From Callorhinchus milii (taxonomy: Eukaryota), in contig NW_024704742.1 of assembly GCF_018977255.1 (NCBI RefSeq), positions 84,384,001 through 84,448,000 on the forward strand: a DNA stretch of 64,000 bases. Direction: 5' to 3'. The notes beneath the pieces were generated by a model. It had not been told where the DNA came from. It searched no databases and saw only the letters and a list, made by a program, of their open reading frames with translations. The translations under genes and the position numbers were made by a program. The first letter of the stretch is position 1, and each line of letters begins with the position of its first letter. Below, in pieces: positions 27,540 through 42,129 of the stretch.

Positions 27540-29350
27540 GCCAGAGTCATGTTCTTAAGCGATGCGGAGGAAAGAGTGTAGAAAGGTGGTGGTGGTAGGA
27601 GTAGATGATGAGGAGGGTTAGGGGGACAGAGAGGGCGTGGTGGTGGGTGACAAGGTGCAGGTGGATGAGGCTGCCTGGCGGATGTTCAGTATTTTAGTTG
27701 AAAAGAAGTCCATGACCTCCTCGCACTTGGCATTTGAGACGAAGATTGAGGAGGCCTGAGGGGGGGGGCACAGAAGAGGTGGTGGGAAAAAAGGATTTTA
27801 GGGTTGTGTTTAGCCTCCAAGATGATGTTGGAGTAGAAGGCCGTTTTTGCACATGTCAAAGAACGGTGGTAGCTGTGGAGATGCTCGAGCCACAGTTGGT
27901 GGTGAACTGTTAGGCCAGTTTTCCCCAATCTGCGCTCGAGCAGACGGGTTTGGGTTTTTAGGCGGTAGAGATGGTTGTTGTACCAGGGGGATCGGGTGGG
28001 TTTGGAGATGGTCCTGGATTTCAGGGGGACGAGGGAGTTGAAAGTGGAGGAGAGGCGATCATGTAGTAGCTGGACGGCTGCTTCAGGATCTCAGTGGTTG
28101 GAAGGCCAGGTGGATAGGATGTTTGAAGATGAGAGGGCCTTTTTTAGGGTCTCGGGGGTAGCCTTTTCCAAGGGCGGTAGAGGATGGTTGAAGGCTTGGT
28201 GGAGAAGAGAGGGATTGAGAGGAGAAGCAGATGAAAAAGTGATCCGAGATGGCCTTGTCCACTATGCTGAGGTCGGAAATGTCAAGGCCGTGGGTGATGA
28301 TGAGGTCAAGTGCATGACCACGGTTGTGGTTAGGTGAGTTTATATGGAGGGTGAGGTTTAGGGAGGAGAGGAGGGCAGTGAAATCGGTAGAAGTGGTGAA
28401 GGGGAAGTTTAGGTGGAGGTTGAAATCGCCCATTATGAGTAGGCACTCAGAGCAGAGGGACAGGGAAGAGAGGAGAGTAGAAATGTCTGTGTGGAAGGAG
28501 CTGGGGGGCGGTAAACAAGGAGAATTTTCAAAGGGAGAGAGGGGTGGAAAAGGGTGAGGTACTCGAAGGAGGGGAAAGCAGTCAGAGGAGTAGGGGGTGA
28601 GACCAAGGGAGGCTTTGGAAATGAAGGCCACCCCGCCACCAAGTTGGTTTGGACGGGGGGTGTGGTGGAAGGTGTAACCTGGAGGGGAGGCTTCCACTAG
28701 GGGGACGGGGTCATTGGGGGAGAGCCAGGTTTCGGTGAGCCCAAGAATGTCGAGGTGCTCATCCAGAATGAGGTCGTGGATGGTGAGGGCTTTATTTGAG
28801 AGGGAACGGACATCTTGGAGGGAAATGCGGGGGGTTTGCTGGACCGGGGGGAGGGAGGAGAGAGTGATGTGGAGAGGATTTTGGGTTGTATAGGAGAGAT
28901 GGTTGTGGAGAGTGGTGTGAGTGGAGAGTTGGGGAGGGTGTGTATGAGGGAAGGGGGAGTTGGGTTTGTGTTAAGGAGGCGGTTTGTGCGGAGGGAGTGA
29001 ATGATGGGACACGTGGGGTTGTTGCTCTGGGACAGCCAGTGCTGGGAGCCACGATTGGCCCAGCGGAGGATGCCCAGGCTGGAGCAGAGGGAAGTGGTGA
29101 TGGGGTCGAGGACAGAGAGAAGGAGGGGAGGGCGGTGGGAGAGAAGAACAGAGGGGGAGTAGCTGATAGAGGGGGGCGGGAAGAGAGACATTTAGGGGAG
29201 TGGGAGGACACACATTTAGGGGGAGGGTCGGGGCAGCAGCCAAAATGCGCACTCAGAGACCAGGAGCAAGCGATCAGCAAGACGGCATCAGCCCACGCAC
29301 GGGCTTTGCCTGCCAGTTCATGGCTGAGTGGCAGTGGCTGCCAGGCCATT
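27540..29350 (-). mobile_element. L2-clade LINE 5'/APE-endonuclease portion, degenerate
   Basis: ORF 28083-28697 has APE motifs PGYTFHHTPR...GGGVAFI, MGDFNLH, GHALDLII, SDHF; downstream IILEAKHNPK matches the L2 at 716-2775. Confidence 0.85.
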
Positions 29351-30414
29351 GTTGTTGTTGTTGGGTTTTTATATAATTTTTTCATTAACTGTGATGACAC
29401 ACTGACATCACTTTGTGAAACACGCCCCACCCCCTCACTTACCTCAGCTCCTACCTCCGCTCCCGACTGAGTGGCTCCTCACCTGGCTGTGCTTCATATA
29501 CACAGCTAGGCCTCAGCTCCACCCCGCGCTCTCCTACCTTAGAAGATATACTACAACCTTACACCTACTTCACCCTCTGCACCGATTTCCCACTCTCACC
29601 CAATTCCTTCTCACTCCAGGCCCTCTGCTCGAGTGAGGCTCTCACAGCTATCCCCTTTTTATACCCTCTGGATGCAACCAGTTTCCGATTGGTGAGCAGT
29701 AATTTAGAATTAACACCTAATCAAGTGATTAATCAGTGTGTTACTTGCTCCGCTGACCAAAGCAGCATTCCTCATTCGCTCTGACGCTGGGGTTGAACTT
29801 TTATGTTGCAGCATGTAGATTGTTGCATCAGATGTTTTGCTGGATCGCCTCCAGTTATAGTAAGGGAGGGATAGGCAATGACATCTGTAATCTCCATACA
29901 TCTTCCTTTTAAGAAATGATGTGGGTAATTCCACGAAATACACACCCTCTACGCTTTTGTTTACTAAAACACCACAATCATAATAATAGACAATTCCTCC
30001 AGCATACTATCTTGTATCTCTGCTAAAGGTGCATTGCTTAGCTTCAATGCTCCCTGCAGTTGAATAGTTTGCTGACAAATTACAAAGCGGGAATGAACAA
30101 TGGCCACTTGGGTGATGTTCTGTAAGGCACCTATGGAACCGTATGCCATTAAATGGGAAAAGAGGAGTTGGTCATACCTTCAGGAAGGAATAAAATTGGC
30201 AATTTTTATTTACAAAATTTTAGCATAAAATTTGAAAATCTTAAATAGACAGTCTTTTCCATTGTTTCACAAATTCAGTTAGAAATCAATTGGAAACTTA
30301 ATAAGAAGGAAAATTGGGAATTGGGGATTAATTGATTTCTTGATACTTGTTAAATTTATCAGCTGATGTATGAAATCTACTGCTGACTTTACTGAATATT
30401 TATTTTTGTTTCAG

Positions 30415-30528
30415 GCTTGTGCTGCAGAGAGCATTATGCTTAATCTAGCAGGACAACTCATCATGTTGCAGAGAGATCGATCAGGTCCTCAGGTACGAGA
30501 GAAGGATAGCATTCCCAAACAAAAACTG
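30415..30528 (+). CDS. RIC1: RIC1 coding exon (~18)
   Basis: tttcag|GCT...CTG|gtaagt; [38 protein letters not shown]. Confidence 0.95.
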
Positions 30529-30759
30529 GTAAGTAACTCACCAGAAGAGTACATTGTTTTGTTCATAATTATTTTGTAACTACTGTTTTTGTGTGTGGAG
30601 TTACTTTTGTACACTCAAACTGTATCAGTGAGGACTTCGAATAAAATTATGACAAACCTAACAGCAATAGAAAAATGTACTTTTAGATTTACTGTTAGTG
30701 TTAGTTACAAAGAGGGTGTTTCATATTGTTTCTTGATTTAAGAGGATAACAGAAGTAAA

Positions 30760-33700
30760 TATCATAGAATCATAGAATTTTACAGCACAGAAGGAGGCCA
30801 TTCGGCCCATCGTGTCTGTGCCGGCTCTTTGAAAAGAGCTTTCCAATTCAATCCACTCCCCTGTTTTCTCCCCATAGCCCTGTAAACTTGTCCTCCCCCT
30901 CGCCACATAATTATGCATTCCAGATCCGAACAACTCGCTGTGTGAAAAAATTTCTCCTCACCTCCCCTCTGTTTCTTTTAACAACTATTTTAAATTAGTG
31001 TCCTCGAGTTACTGACCCACGCGCCAGTGGAAATAATTTCTCCTGTTCACCCTCTCGAATCTCCCCCATAATCTTGAAAGCTTTTATTAAAACTCCTCTT
31101 AACCTTCTCTGCTCCAAGGAGAATAATCCTACCTTCTCGAGCCTCTCCTCATAACTGAAGTCCCTCATTCCTGGTACCATCCTGGCAAATCTCCTTTGCA
31201 CCCTCCAATGCCTTGACATCCTTCCTGAAGTGTAGTGCCCCAGAACTGAACACAGTCTCTCGCTGAGGTGTAACCAGTGTTTTATAAAGGTTCATCATAA
31301 CTTTCTGACTTTTGTATTCTATGCCCTATTTATATAGCCTAGTATCCCTTTTTTTAACCAGCTTTATCTAACTGTCCTGCCACCTTCAAAGATTTACTTA
31401 TATGACCCCCAGGTCTCTCTGTTCCTTCACCCCTTTAAAGATTGTACCATCGGCGTATATCGCCTCTCCTCATTCTTCCTCCCAAAATGCATCACTTCAC
31501 ATTTCTCCACATTAAACTTCATCTCCACGTGTCGGCCCATTTCCCAGTCTGTCTGTGTCCTCGTGCAGTCTGTGACTATACTCTTCACTGTTTACTACTT
31601 TTCCTCGCTTAGCGTCACCTGCAAACTTGGAAATTGTACTCCCTATACTCAAGTCCAGGTCATTTATACAGATCAAAAACAACAGTACTGACCCCTGGGG
31701 GACACCACTGCACACTTCCTTCCAGTCAGAAAAACAACCATTCACCCCCACTCACTGCTTTCTGTCCCCCAGTCAGTTCTGTATCTATGCTGCCACTGTC
31801 CCTTAAATACCGATGGCTTCTATTTTGCTTACAAGTTTCTTATGTGGCACTTTTTCAAACGCCTTTTGAAAATCCATATAAACTACATCAACTGCACTGC
31901 CTTCATCCACCCTCTCCATTACCTAATCAAAAAATTATTTTATCAGGTTTGTTAGAGATGATTTGCCTTTAACAAATCTGTGTTGGCTGTCCTTTATTAA
32001 CCCATATTTTTCTAAATGAAAATTTATTTTGTCCCGGATTATGGTCACTGGAAGTTTCTCCACTACTGACGTTAGGCTGACAGGCCTGTAGTTCCCGGGT
32101 TTATCCTTCTGCCCCTTTTTGTACAGTGGAGTAATATTTGCAAACTTCCAGTCCTCTGGCACCACCTCAATGTCCAAGGAGGATTGAAAGATTGTTGCCA
32201 CAGCCCTCCATTATTTCCACCCTTACTTATCTCAGTAACCTAGGATGCATCCCATCCTGACCGGGTGACTTATCTACCTTTTTAGTACTTCCTCTCAGTT
32301 TATTCTTATCCTATCCAATTTCTCTAACCTCTCCTCCGATACTGTGACATTGGGTGCATCCTATTCTTTTCTGAAGACAGATGCAAAGTACTCATTCAAT
32401 ACATCAGCCATTCCCTCTGCCTCCGCAAGAGGATTTTCTCTTTGGTCCCTAATTGGACCCACCCTACCTTTGATTAATCGTTTATTCTGTATATCCTTAT
32501 AAAATACCTTAGGCTTCCCTTTTATGTTACCCGCTAATCTTTTTTCATACAATCTCTTTGCCCCTCTTATTTCCTTTTTTGGTTCTCCTCTGTACTTTCT
32601 ATATTCTATTTGATTATCTTCTGTATTTTGGACCTGACATTTATCATAAGCCTCACTTTTCTGTTTTATCTTAATCCCAATTTCCTTATTCATCCAGGGA
32701 GGTTTGGATGCCCTACCTTTCCCTGTTCTGTCCCCGAACTAACTCCTCCTTGAAGGCTTCCCATTGCTCGTTAGCTGTTTTACCTGCCAATCTTTCTTTC
32801 CAATCCACCTTGGCTGGGTCACATTTTAACTCACTGAAATTAGCCCTCTTCCAGTTGGGTATCTTCACCTTTGATTTCTCCTTGTCCCTTTCCATAAGTA
32901 CTCTAAACCTAATGATGTGATCACTGTTGTCCAGATGCTCTCCTACTGAAACCTACTCCACTTGCCCCACTTCATTCCCCAGAATTAGATCCAGCGCTGC
33001 TTCCTTCCTCATTGGACTGGAAACATACTGATCCAGAAAGTTATCCTGCACACATTTCATGAATCCTTCCCCTCCTTGCCCTTTACACTGTTATTTTGCT
33101 ATGTTAAGATAATTGAAGTCCCCCATTATCACTACTCTATTGGTTTTGCATCTTTCTGAAATCTGCTTGCAGATTTGCTTGTTTATCTCCTTCCCACTAT
33201 TTGGTGGTCTATAGTATACACCTAACAGAGTAACAGCTCCTTTTCTGCTTGTTAATTCTAACCAAATTGAATCTGTTTTTGGACCCTCTCGCACATCGTC
33301 CCATTCCAGGGCCGTAACCGTGTCTTTAATTAATATTGCCACCCCCGCCTCCTTTTTTTCCTTCCCTATCCCTCCTGAATACATTGTAGCCAGGAATATT
33401 CAGCTCCCATTCCTGCCTTTGCTTGAGCTAGGTCTCCGTTATTGCCACTACATCATAACCCCATGTGGCAATTTGAGCCTGTAGCTCACTAATCTTATTC
33501 GTCACACTCCGTGCATTTACGCACATGCATTCCAAGACTGACTTAGTCTGTTCTGTATTTCTCCCCCGTCTAACCCCTCCTTTTTCTGGATTACTCCTTA
33601 TTACATAACATAACATAATACGTAGGAGCAGGAGTAGGCCATTTGGCCCTTCGAGCCTGCCCTGCCATTCAATTATGGCTGATCTTCTAATCTAACTCCA

Positions 33701-34115
33701 GCTAATACCATAACCCTGCCTTATCCCCATATCCCTTAATCCCTTTTGCAATAAGAAATATATCTATCTCAGTCTTGAATGTGTTCAAGGACTGAGCGTC
33801 AACAGCCCTTTGGGGTAGTGAGTTCCATACATTCACCATCCTTTGAGTGAAGAAGTTCTTCCTCAACTCAGTGCGAAAGGGTTGGCTTCTGATTTTAAGG
33901 TTGTGACCCCTGGTTTTAGTTTCTCCAACCAGAGAAAACAATCTCCCACTATCTACTCTGTCATGTCATTAGCATTACATTGATATTCGTCTCTCCCAAC
34001 CCTCTATGTAACTTGTTTGCCTGCTCTAATGCTACATCCTGATTCCCTTCCCCCCTCAAAATTAGTTTAAACCCTTCCCCACAGCACTAGTTAATCTCCC
34101 TGCAAGGACATTGGT
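30760..34115 (-). mobile_element. CR1 LINE with most of ORF2 (APE+RT) decayed; a second CR1 3' fragment is nested at ~33600-33960
   Basis: In order: [62 protein letters not shown]; 3' tail 'catagaatcatagaat' on + at ~30763. Confidence 0.92.
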
Positions 34116-34524
34116 ATGAATATCTGAAAATGTTATAAGTGACCCAGTTCGATTCCCAGGCAGGACGAAATCTTAGGCAAATTTCCTACACCACACGCTT
34201 CTGTTTATCCTAGCAGTAAGTAGGAATCTGATTGTTAGTTGATTGGAGGTTCACTTTTCTGGTAGTAATAATCCCTTCAAAAAAAATAATAATTTGGTCA
34301 CTCAATCCATGACCATTTGTGGGACATTGCTGCTGTTTTTCACCAACAAAATATACAGTCAATTCACTTTACAGAATGTTCTATGAAGTGCTTTGAGACA
34401 TCTCAACAATGTGATAAGGCTCTATATCAAATGCAAGAATTATTATTATTATTGCCTATTGCAAGCTTTGTTGTAGATATTTATTTTAAGCACATGAAGT
34501 TTCTAACCATTTCCTCTCTTGTAG

Positions 34525-35292
<768 letters not shown>

Positions 35293-36701
35293 TAGACATC
35301 TTGAGTTCTTGATGAAGGGTCAATATGTAACGTATCTTTCGCTGAATATAACTCAAAAATGTAACCTATCTTACTCTTATTAGATCCTGATTGCCCTGTG
35401 TTTCCTCTGCTTACTGTACATTATGCATTCAGCGTTTGTATGTTTCTCCTTCATAGTGAAGCAAGTTTGCTATCACTCATTTGTCTGCAGAGAGATTGTG
35501 TTCTGAAATGTAACTATATAAAATTACTATATAAGCAAATTTGCAACAGATAAGTAATAGTATGTGAAGAATGCAGTTGACGTGTGTAGACAAGACCTGG
35601 AAGTTTACTATTGAATTTGTTGGTGTACATTTGATGTATGGCATGGAAATCTCTCCTGAAATTCAGAGAGGAGAAACCTTGGAGTTTTGGTAAATAAGTT
35701 GCTAAAAACAGCTCCAGCTCATTCAAAACTCGACTGCCTGCATCCTGACTTGCACCAAACTCAGTTTGCCCGTCACCCCAGTCCTTGCCAGTCTCCACTG
35801 GCACTTTGACCTCCAACAGATGATTTCATAATCCTCACCTATCCTTCACATCCTGTCACCTCCTTGTTTTCTCCAATCTCACTCCTTCTTAGCCGTTTGA
35901 CTTAGCAAACTTGGGCCTGTTGTGAATCCTATGCCCCCTCCACACCACCATCAGTGGCCGAGCCTTCGTGAACTATAAGTCTTACCATTTGGAAATCGAC
36001 TCTTCATTTGCTCTCCCCTCCCTCCCGTCTTTAAAACCTGCCTAGAAACTTGGCTCGTGGCTGTCTGTCACCTCCCCTTCCTCCCTTGTTCAACATCCAT
36101 CATGACCATCCTCTTGGGGAGGGGAGAGGGAGGTAATCAGGGTTTCCTTGGAGCTGAACTGGCTCCAAGGTGACATGCCTGGCAACAGAGTGGCAGAATC
36201 GAGCCAGCCCCCTGTGGCAGTCTCAGTAGTCCGGTTCCTGAGCCAGGCAGGTCCACAGTATTCCAGGGCCCTGCTGATGACAGGATAGTCATCGCCTGGC
36301 TCATCGGCAGGACCTGGAAGTCCGTGCTGATTTTTCTGATCTCAGCTGGGTCTGCTTGGTTGATAAACTGGCCCAGGCCTTCTCCAGATTAGGAAAGGGA
36401 AAACCAGCCACGTTTACTGGTACTGGTTCCACTTCATCGCCCTCTATTGATAGTGCATTGTCACAGCTGAGTGGAGAGAGGTGAGGCTAGGTTATGGTGC
36501 TCTCTACAGTCAAGCAGACTGTCAACATCCCCTGCAAAAGTCACGCATGAACAATGGCTGTTTTGGAAATTTTAAATCCGTGTGTTCATAACACAAAATT
36601 GATTCTTCTGTAATCTTGTGGTATAACTTTTAGACGCTCCACTAGTTAATTTACTGCAGGATTGATTTTGTTTTTTTTAATTGTTTTTTTAAACCCGATA
36701 G

Positions 36702-36860
36702 AACATGGAGGCTCCAGCAGTCAGCAGGCAACATGCTACACTACTTTTTAATACTGCCTTGGAACAAGGAAAATGGGATCTTTGTCGCCACATGATCCGT
36801 TTCCTGAAAGCAATTGGCGCTGGAGAATTGGAAACTCCGCCACCTACTCCAGCCACTCAG
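36702..36860 (+). CDS. RIC1: RIC1 coding exon (~20)
   Basis: cgatag|AAC...CAG|gtatgt; [39 protein letters not shown]. Confidence 0.96.
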
Positions 36861-37221
36861 GTATGTGTGAAGGTATTTTTTTTCCAGTGTCCATTGATAC
36901 ATATTAAAGACTGACAGCTTAATTTCCCAGTAGGATCACTTGCAAATATAATTTATACGTTGCTTACGCTTTCCGTCACCAGCAGTGGTGAAGTTCCTCT
37001 GTGGTTATACTCTCTGCGTCCAGCAGATGTTGGAGAACTGCCAGTGTTCTTAGAACAAAAATAAGAGGATTTTTGTTTCTAGACCAGGTGGTTCAACTGA
37101 AAGAGAGTGGGGGAAGAGTGATTGATTGTGTGTGTGAGAGAGAGGTAAGGAAGGGTGAATGAGAGAGAGAGTGTTGTGAGAGGGAGGGGAATTGAGGGAG
37201 AAGCAGAGGGGAGAGAGAAGC

Positions 37222-37482
37222 AGAGAGAGTGGGGGAGAGTGATTGAGAGTGGGGGAGAGTGATTGAGAGTGGGGGAGAGTGGGGGAGAGTGATTGAGAGT
37301 GGGGGAGAGTGATTGAGAGTGGGGGAGAGTGATTGAGAGTGGGGGAGAGTGATTGAGAGTGGGGAGAGTGATTGAGAGTGGGGGAGAGTGATTGAGAGTG
37401 GGGGAGAGTGATTGAGAGTGGGGGAGAGTGATTGAGAGAGGGGGAAAGAGTGATTGAGAGAGGGGGGAGAGAGTGATTGAGA
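37222..37482 (+). repeat. G-rich 20-bp minisatellite (GAGAGTGGGGGAGAGTGATT)n with degenerate purine-rich flanks
   Basis: About a dozen tandem units read directly from the sequence. Confidence 0.92.
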
Positions 37483-38019
37483 CAGGGAGGAGAGAGTGGG
37501 TGTGAGTGGGGGAGCGAGAGAGTGCATGAGAGAAAGGGTAGATTGGGGGTGGGGGGAAGTGTGATTTTTATCATGGCTGTTCACGGGAGTTTGCTGTGCT
37601 GCCATGTTTGCAAGTAAAAACAAAGGTAATTCCAACAAACTGGTGGCATGTGATAAGGTGTTACAGCAAGTTCTTTCTGTGTCGATCTTCCCTCTGCTTG
37701 CTTTCACTTCTCTTCACCCCATAAAATAATAGGTGTTGTTGCTGTTTTGCTCTTTGGTGCATATCAATGCATATGTCGAGTTTTGCTGATGCAATTCATA
37801 ATTGTTAAAGACGACTAAAAGGACTTGTTTTGTGGACTCTGATTCTGGTGTAGAACAATTCATAATTAACTCACATTATTTATATGGTCCCCAGCTACAC
37901 AAAAGGCCTAAGAGGGATGTGCTCTGGTACAGCAGCATTCTGCAGATTCATAAATCAACAGTAGTTGTATTTCATAGCCTTGTTGCCCCCAATAGTATTT
38001 TAAGTTTCTTTTAAAACAG

Positions 38020-38156
38020 GAACCAAGTTCAACGGGAGGTTTTGAGTTCTTCAAGCATCGCAGCATTAGTTTCTCACAATCAGCAGAAGGATTAGGCACC
38101 AGTAAATGCAACTTGCAGAAGACATTAAGCATGCCAGCAGGGCCTTCAGCCAAGAG
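38020..38156 (+). CDS. RIC1: RIC1 coding exon (~21)
   Basis: aaacag|GAA...AG|gtaact; [23 protein letters not shown]...[14 protein letters not shown]. Confidence 0.95.
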
Positions 38157-39006
38157 GTAACTTCAGCATTTCATTTTCTCACCAGATTCTGACTTTAAGT
38201 AGATCATGTTTGTACAACGTGCGATTCTGATCGATGCTATGTGAGGGCCTGGCTTTATCTGCAGGCAGTTTGACCTTTTCATATAAAATTAATGGAACAC
38301 ATTGCCAACTGTGAACAGGAAAAGCTAAAGGGCCTATTAACATTATTTCAAGTTAGCATATAAAATGAGATGCAGAGATTAGTTGCAAAAGTTGATAATT
38401 TCCGCAGTTTGTGGGTCATATTTCACATTTTATAGTGTACTGTAGGGAAAAGTTTAAATATTTGCAGTCTGAAACCTAAATTGCTCCTTTGGAGAAAAAC
38501 ATTAAACCTGGAAAGCTATAGGTTTGCACAAGCACTACAGACTGGGTTCTACAAGATATTATAATTCTCTTTCTGATAGACTAAACAAAATTCAGTTATT
38601 AGATTCTCAGCTTCAGGTTTTTCTATATATTGCTGCCACCCTTTTCAGTAAGCACACGGTGGAATGCTGATTTTAAGTTAAATGTACAGTTTATTAATTT
38701 GCCATGTCCTGCATGGAAATGTTCTCTAGACTACTCAGGGATGCACTCTGGATGTGCGTAGGAACACGACAGGTTAATCCCACTCCAGCTCCTTCCGCCT
38801 GGGATGCAATGAGATGATGCACTCTCTCACTATGAGCATTTTAAAAATGTTAGGAATGATCCAACCTGCTATATCCATCACACAGGGTTTTTCCCAAAAC
38901 TTTGAAAGACCACTAGAAATGTTCTTCTAAAAGTAAAAAGTCTTAATTTCACATGTGAAGAATCTAATCTGGATGTGTATAATTTCTTTGTGGCCTTTAT
39001 CTTTAG

Positions 39007-39296
39007 GTGGAGTAAGGATGGTGACTGTGCTGAGAATATGTACATTGATGTTATGCTTTGGCGTCATGCACGAAGACTGCTGGAGGATATGAGGCTGAAA
39101 GACCTTGCTAGCTTTGCCGCACAGCTGGGTTTTGAGCTCATAGGCTGGCTCTACAAAGAAAGGACTCGGGCCGGCCGGGTAGAGGACTTTGTTAAAGCTC
39201 TAAAAAGGCTCCATAAGGACTTTCTTTGGCCTTTTCCAGTTATTCCTTCCAGCTCTTTAGTAAATTCACCGTTTAAAAATGGTAAATACAAAACAG
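39007..39296 (+). CDS. RIC1: RIC1 coding exon (~22)
   Basis: ctttag|G...G|gtaata; [27 protein letters not shown]...[10 protein letters not shown]. Confidence 0.96.
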
Positions 39297-39983
39297 GTAA
39301 TAACAGTACTTCATAGCTAAATCTCATTAAAGTGCTCTGTAATATAGAATATAGTAGAGAGTGTGATATCTGCATTCATTGGGAACAACCCCATTGTGGA
39401 TATAAAAACTGCATATAATTGGTCACCCCTTAAATCCAATGTACAGTACTAACCAAAAACTTTCTCCACCGCCCTGTGGATTTGTGACCAGCTTAAAAAG
39501 TGGTCCAACTTCTAGATCATCAGGTCGCTGCTGATGTCACTTTCAGGGCATTGCAGTGACGTCACATTGTGGAAAGCTGATAGATTGCATTTTAAGATTC
39601 GTTGGGATTGTATGAATCTCAACTATTGTTGTAACCAGGTCTACTATACTCTCAACAGTTCCACTCTCCCACACAATGCCATCCTGCCTTCCTCACCTGC
39701 CAGTGCTTCTCCTTCCATCACCAATTGGTATTCTTTGTAATAAATTGCTAAATGATTAATTACCTCACTTTTCCAGTTCAGTCATACTGGCCAAATTGTG
39801 TACCTACCAACTTCACAACCAATTTGTCACACTTCCGCATTGTAGCCCAATGGGGATTAACCAACATGCGGATCATAGGCATGCAGCATTCCACTGTAAC
39901 TTTTAATTTAAATAGTCAAGCTGAGTATGGTAACTGCTCATTAATTGATCTTTTTCTTTCTCTTCCCCCCCACCCCCATTCAG

Positions 39984-40172
39984 TTGGAGACCAGTTTCTT
40001 AAATCTCAGTCAACTGAGATTTCGGTAAACAAAGAGGTGGAGAGTGGCGTTATAACTGCACGTGGGAGCCACATCTGCCTGAGCTTAGCCACTGCACCCA
40101 GAGAAATAGATGCTGGCTCATTGCAAGGTCCTCAGACACAGGATGCATTCTTATCACCTTTATTTCCTAAAG
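39984..40172 (+). CDS. RIC1: RIC1 coding exon (~23)
   Basis: attcag|TT...G|gtaaag; GDQFLKSQS...GPQTQDAFLSPLFPK. Confidence 0.93.
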
Positions 40173-42129
40173 GTAAAGAATTTATTTGGTTATTATTCAA
40201 AAACGTGAATTAAAGATATACAAAAGTACTAAGCATAAAATCATACGCAGGAAGTCATGCAACAAACTCGTAGCACTTGCGTCTCTGAGTCAGAAGGTTG
40301 TAGGTTCAAGCCCCACATTGCGACTTGAATTCACGTAGTCAAAACTGATACTCCAATGCGGTGCTGGAGGGGTGTTTGCATTGTTGGAGGTGCCCTTCTT
40401 CAGATGAGAGGTTAAAACTGAGGTCCCATCTGCCTATTCAGGTGCATGTTGAAAATTCCATGGCACCATTCGAAAAGAGAAGGGAGTTTCTTCTGGCAAC
40501 CTGACCAACAATCCCCCGATTAAAATTGGTCATTAAGATTCATTTCCTGACTGTTTGTGAGCCTTTGCTGTGTGCATATTGCCTGCTGCATTTGCCCACA
40601 AATACACAGATCCTCCACTGGTTAGGAGAATGAGCTGAATGGGTAAACCAACACCAAATGCCAGCCTGTTGTAACAGTAATGAGGCGAATTGAATTTGGC
40701 TATTTACTGCGTTGAATGACCTGTTGACTGTGAGCTCAAGCCCAGACTTGGGGCTTAAACCCAAATCAGAGGTGGGAGTGATACCACAAGAGAGGCTGAC
40801 AGTCCAGGTCTACTGGGACTGTGCTCTATTAAGGTTCAACATCGGAAATATGTTTCAACGTAGGAAGTGAGGTGTTACTGTGGGCCAAGACAGAGCTCCT
40901 CCAATGACTGGATAACTACTGTAACACCCACAGTTTATCAGGTAGAACCCAAAATAAATAACATTAATATTACACTTGTATATCTTGACGTAAAATAGAA
41001 ACCGAAAAATCCTAGTGGTAAAATGGAAATTTAGCTAGGTCAATAAACATGACCAGATTTTATTAAATTAAACCTTACATTTTTGTGCAAATGCAGGTTC
41101 AGTAGAACAAACTGCTCTGACCCCTTAGTGTTGATACCCACCATTAAATTTTAATAGCGGATTGTTTTAATAAATAAAATAATAATAATCAGGCGTGTGG
41201 AGAGAGGAAACTTGCCCAAGGTTTCGCCCACTTATAGTCCTTTAAATAACTATATATGAGAAAGTCTCTATATTTTAATATCTACAGCACTTATGCACAG
41301 AAAATCCAGGAGATGTGCCAGATGTGGGGGATCAATATCAGCTTCTTGCCATCCACACAGCACTTCTACCCATTATTGAAGTAGTATTTTGTTTAGCCAG
41401 ATACCTGGGATAATAGTCATATAAAGCGTTTCTTCAATCTGATACGATACAGCATTGAATGAACTGGAAGTGCATGGAATCCTGCTGAATACTGCAAATG
41501 TCACTTTAAACAGGATTCCTCTGCTTTTATGATTTGTTTTAATTTGTTCTGCTCTGCTTGCCATGGGTAGTTGGAGCAGCTACAAAGGAGATTCACAAGA
41601 GATACGAGATTAGTGTCCTTTTTGAAGCATGTGAATTCCCTCATTTCACTTGCTCATGTAATGCCCCATATGAACTGACCTCAATTTTTAAAATTCTGTT
41701 ACATCATTCTGTTTATCCTGAGTGTCGGAGGTGGGAGCATCTTAAGTTTCAAATGTTTTTACTGATCTGTGTTTTCATACAAGGTTAGATTTTTTTTAAA
41801 ACAGAACTTCTGTTTATCCTTATTGCTGTAAGACTGGTATCAGTTACTAAAAGGCGTCACTCTCCTATGAAAGCGTGCATCTTCTTTCCCCGCTGGTTTT
41901 CTAACTCAAGCCATGTGCCTACAGTTGAGTGGTTCTTGGGGAGCTACCAAAACCCAAAGAAGCTTAGTTGAAAGCTCCCGTCTGTTTTTTTAACCCTCTG
42001 AGTACACCAGGAAATTCAGCAGGTTGGGTGGTGGTTTCTGTGTCCTGTCCCTCTGCCTCCCCCCCTCCCTTGCCTTCTTCAAGACCCAACTCAAGACTCT
42101 CCTCTTTGACCGTGCTTTCGATCTCCCTG

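Noticed and set aside
37050..37707. Repetitive ORFs (HSQSLSPTLN...)
   Set aside because: Translation of the 20-bp minisatellite.
39557..39564. CRE palindrome TGACGTCA (another at ~54110)
   Set aside because: An 8-mer is expected by chance in 64 kb and has no supporting context.
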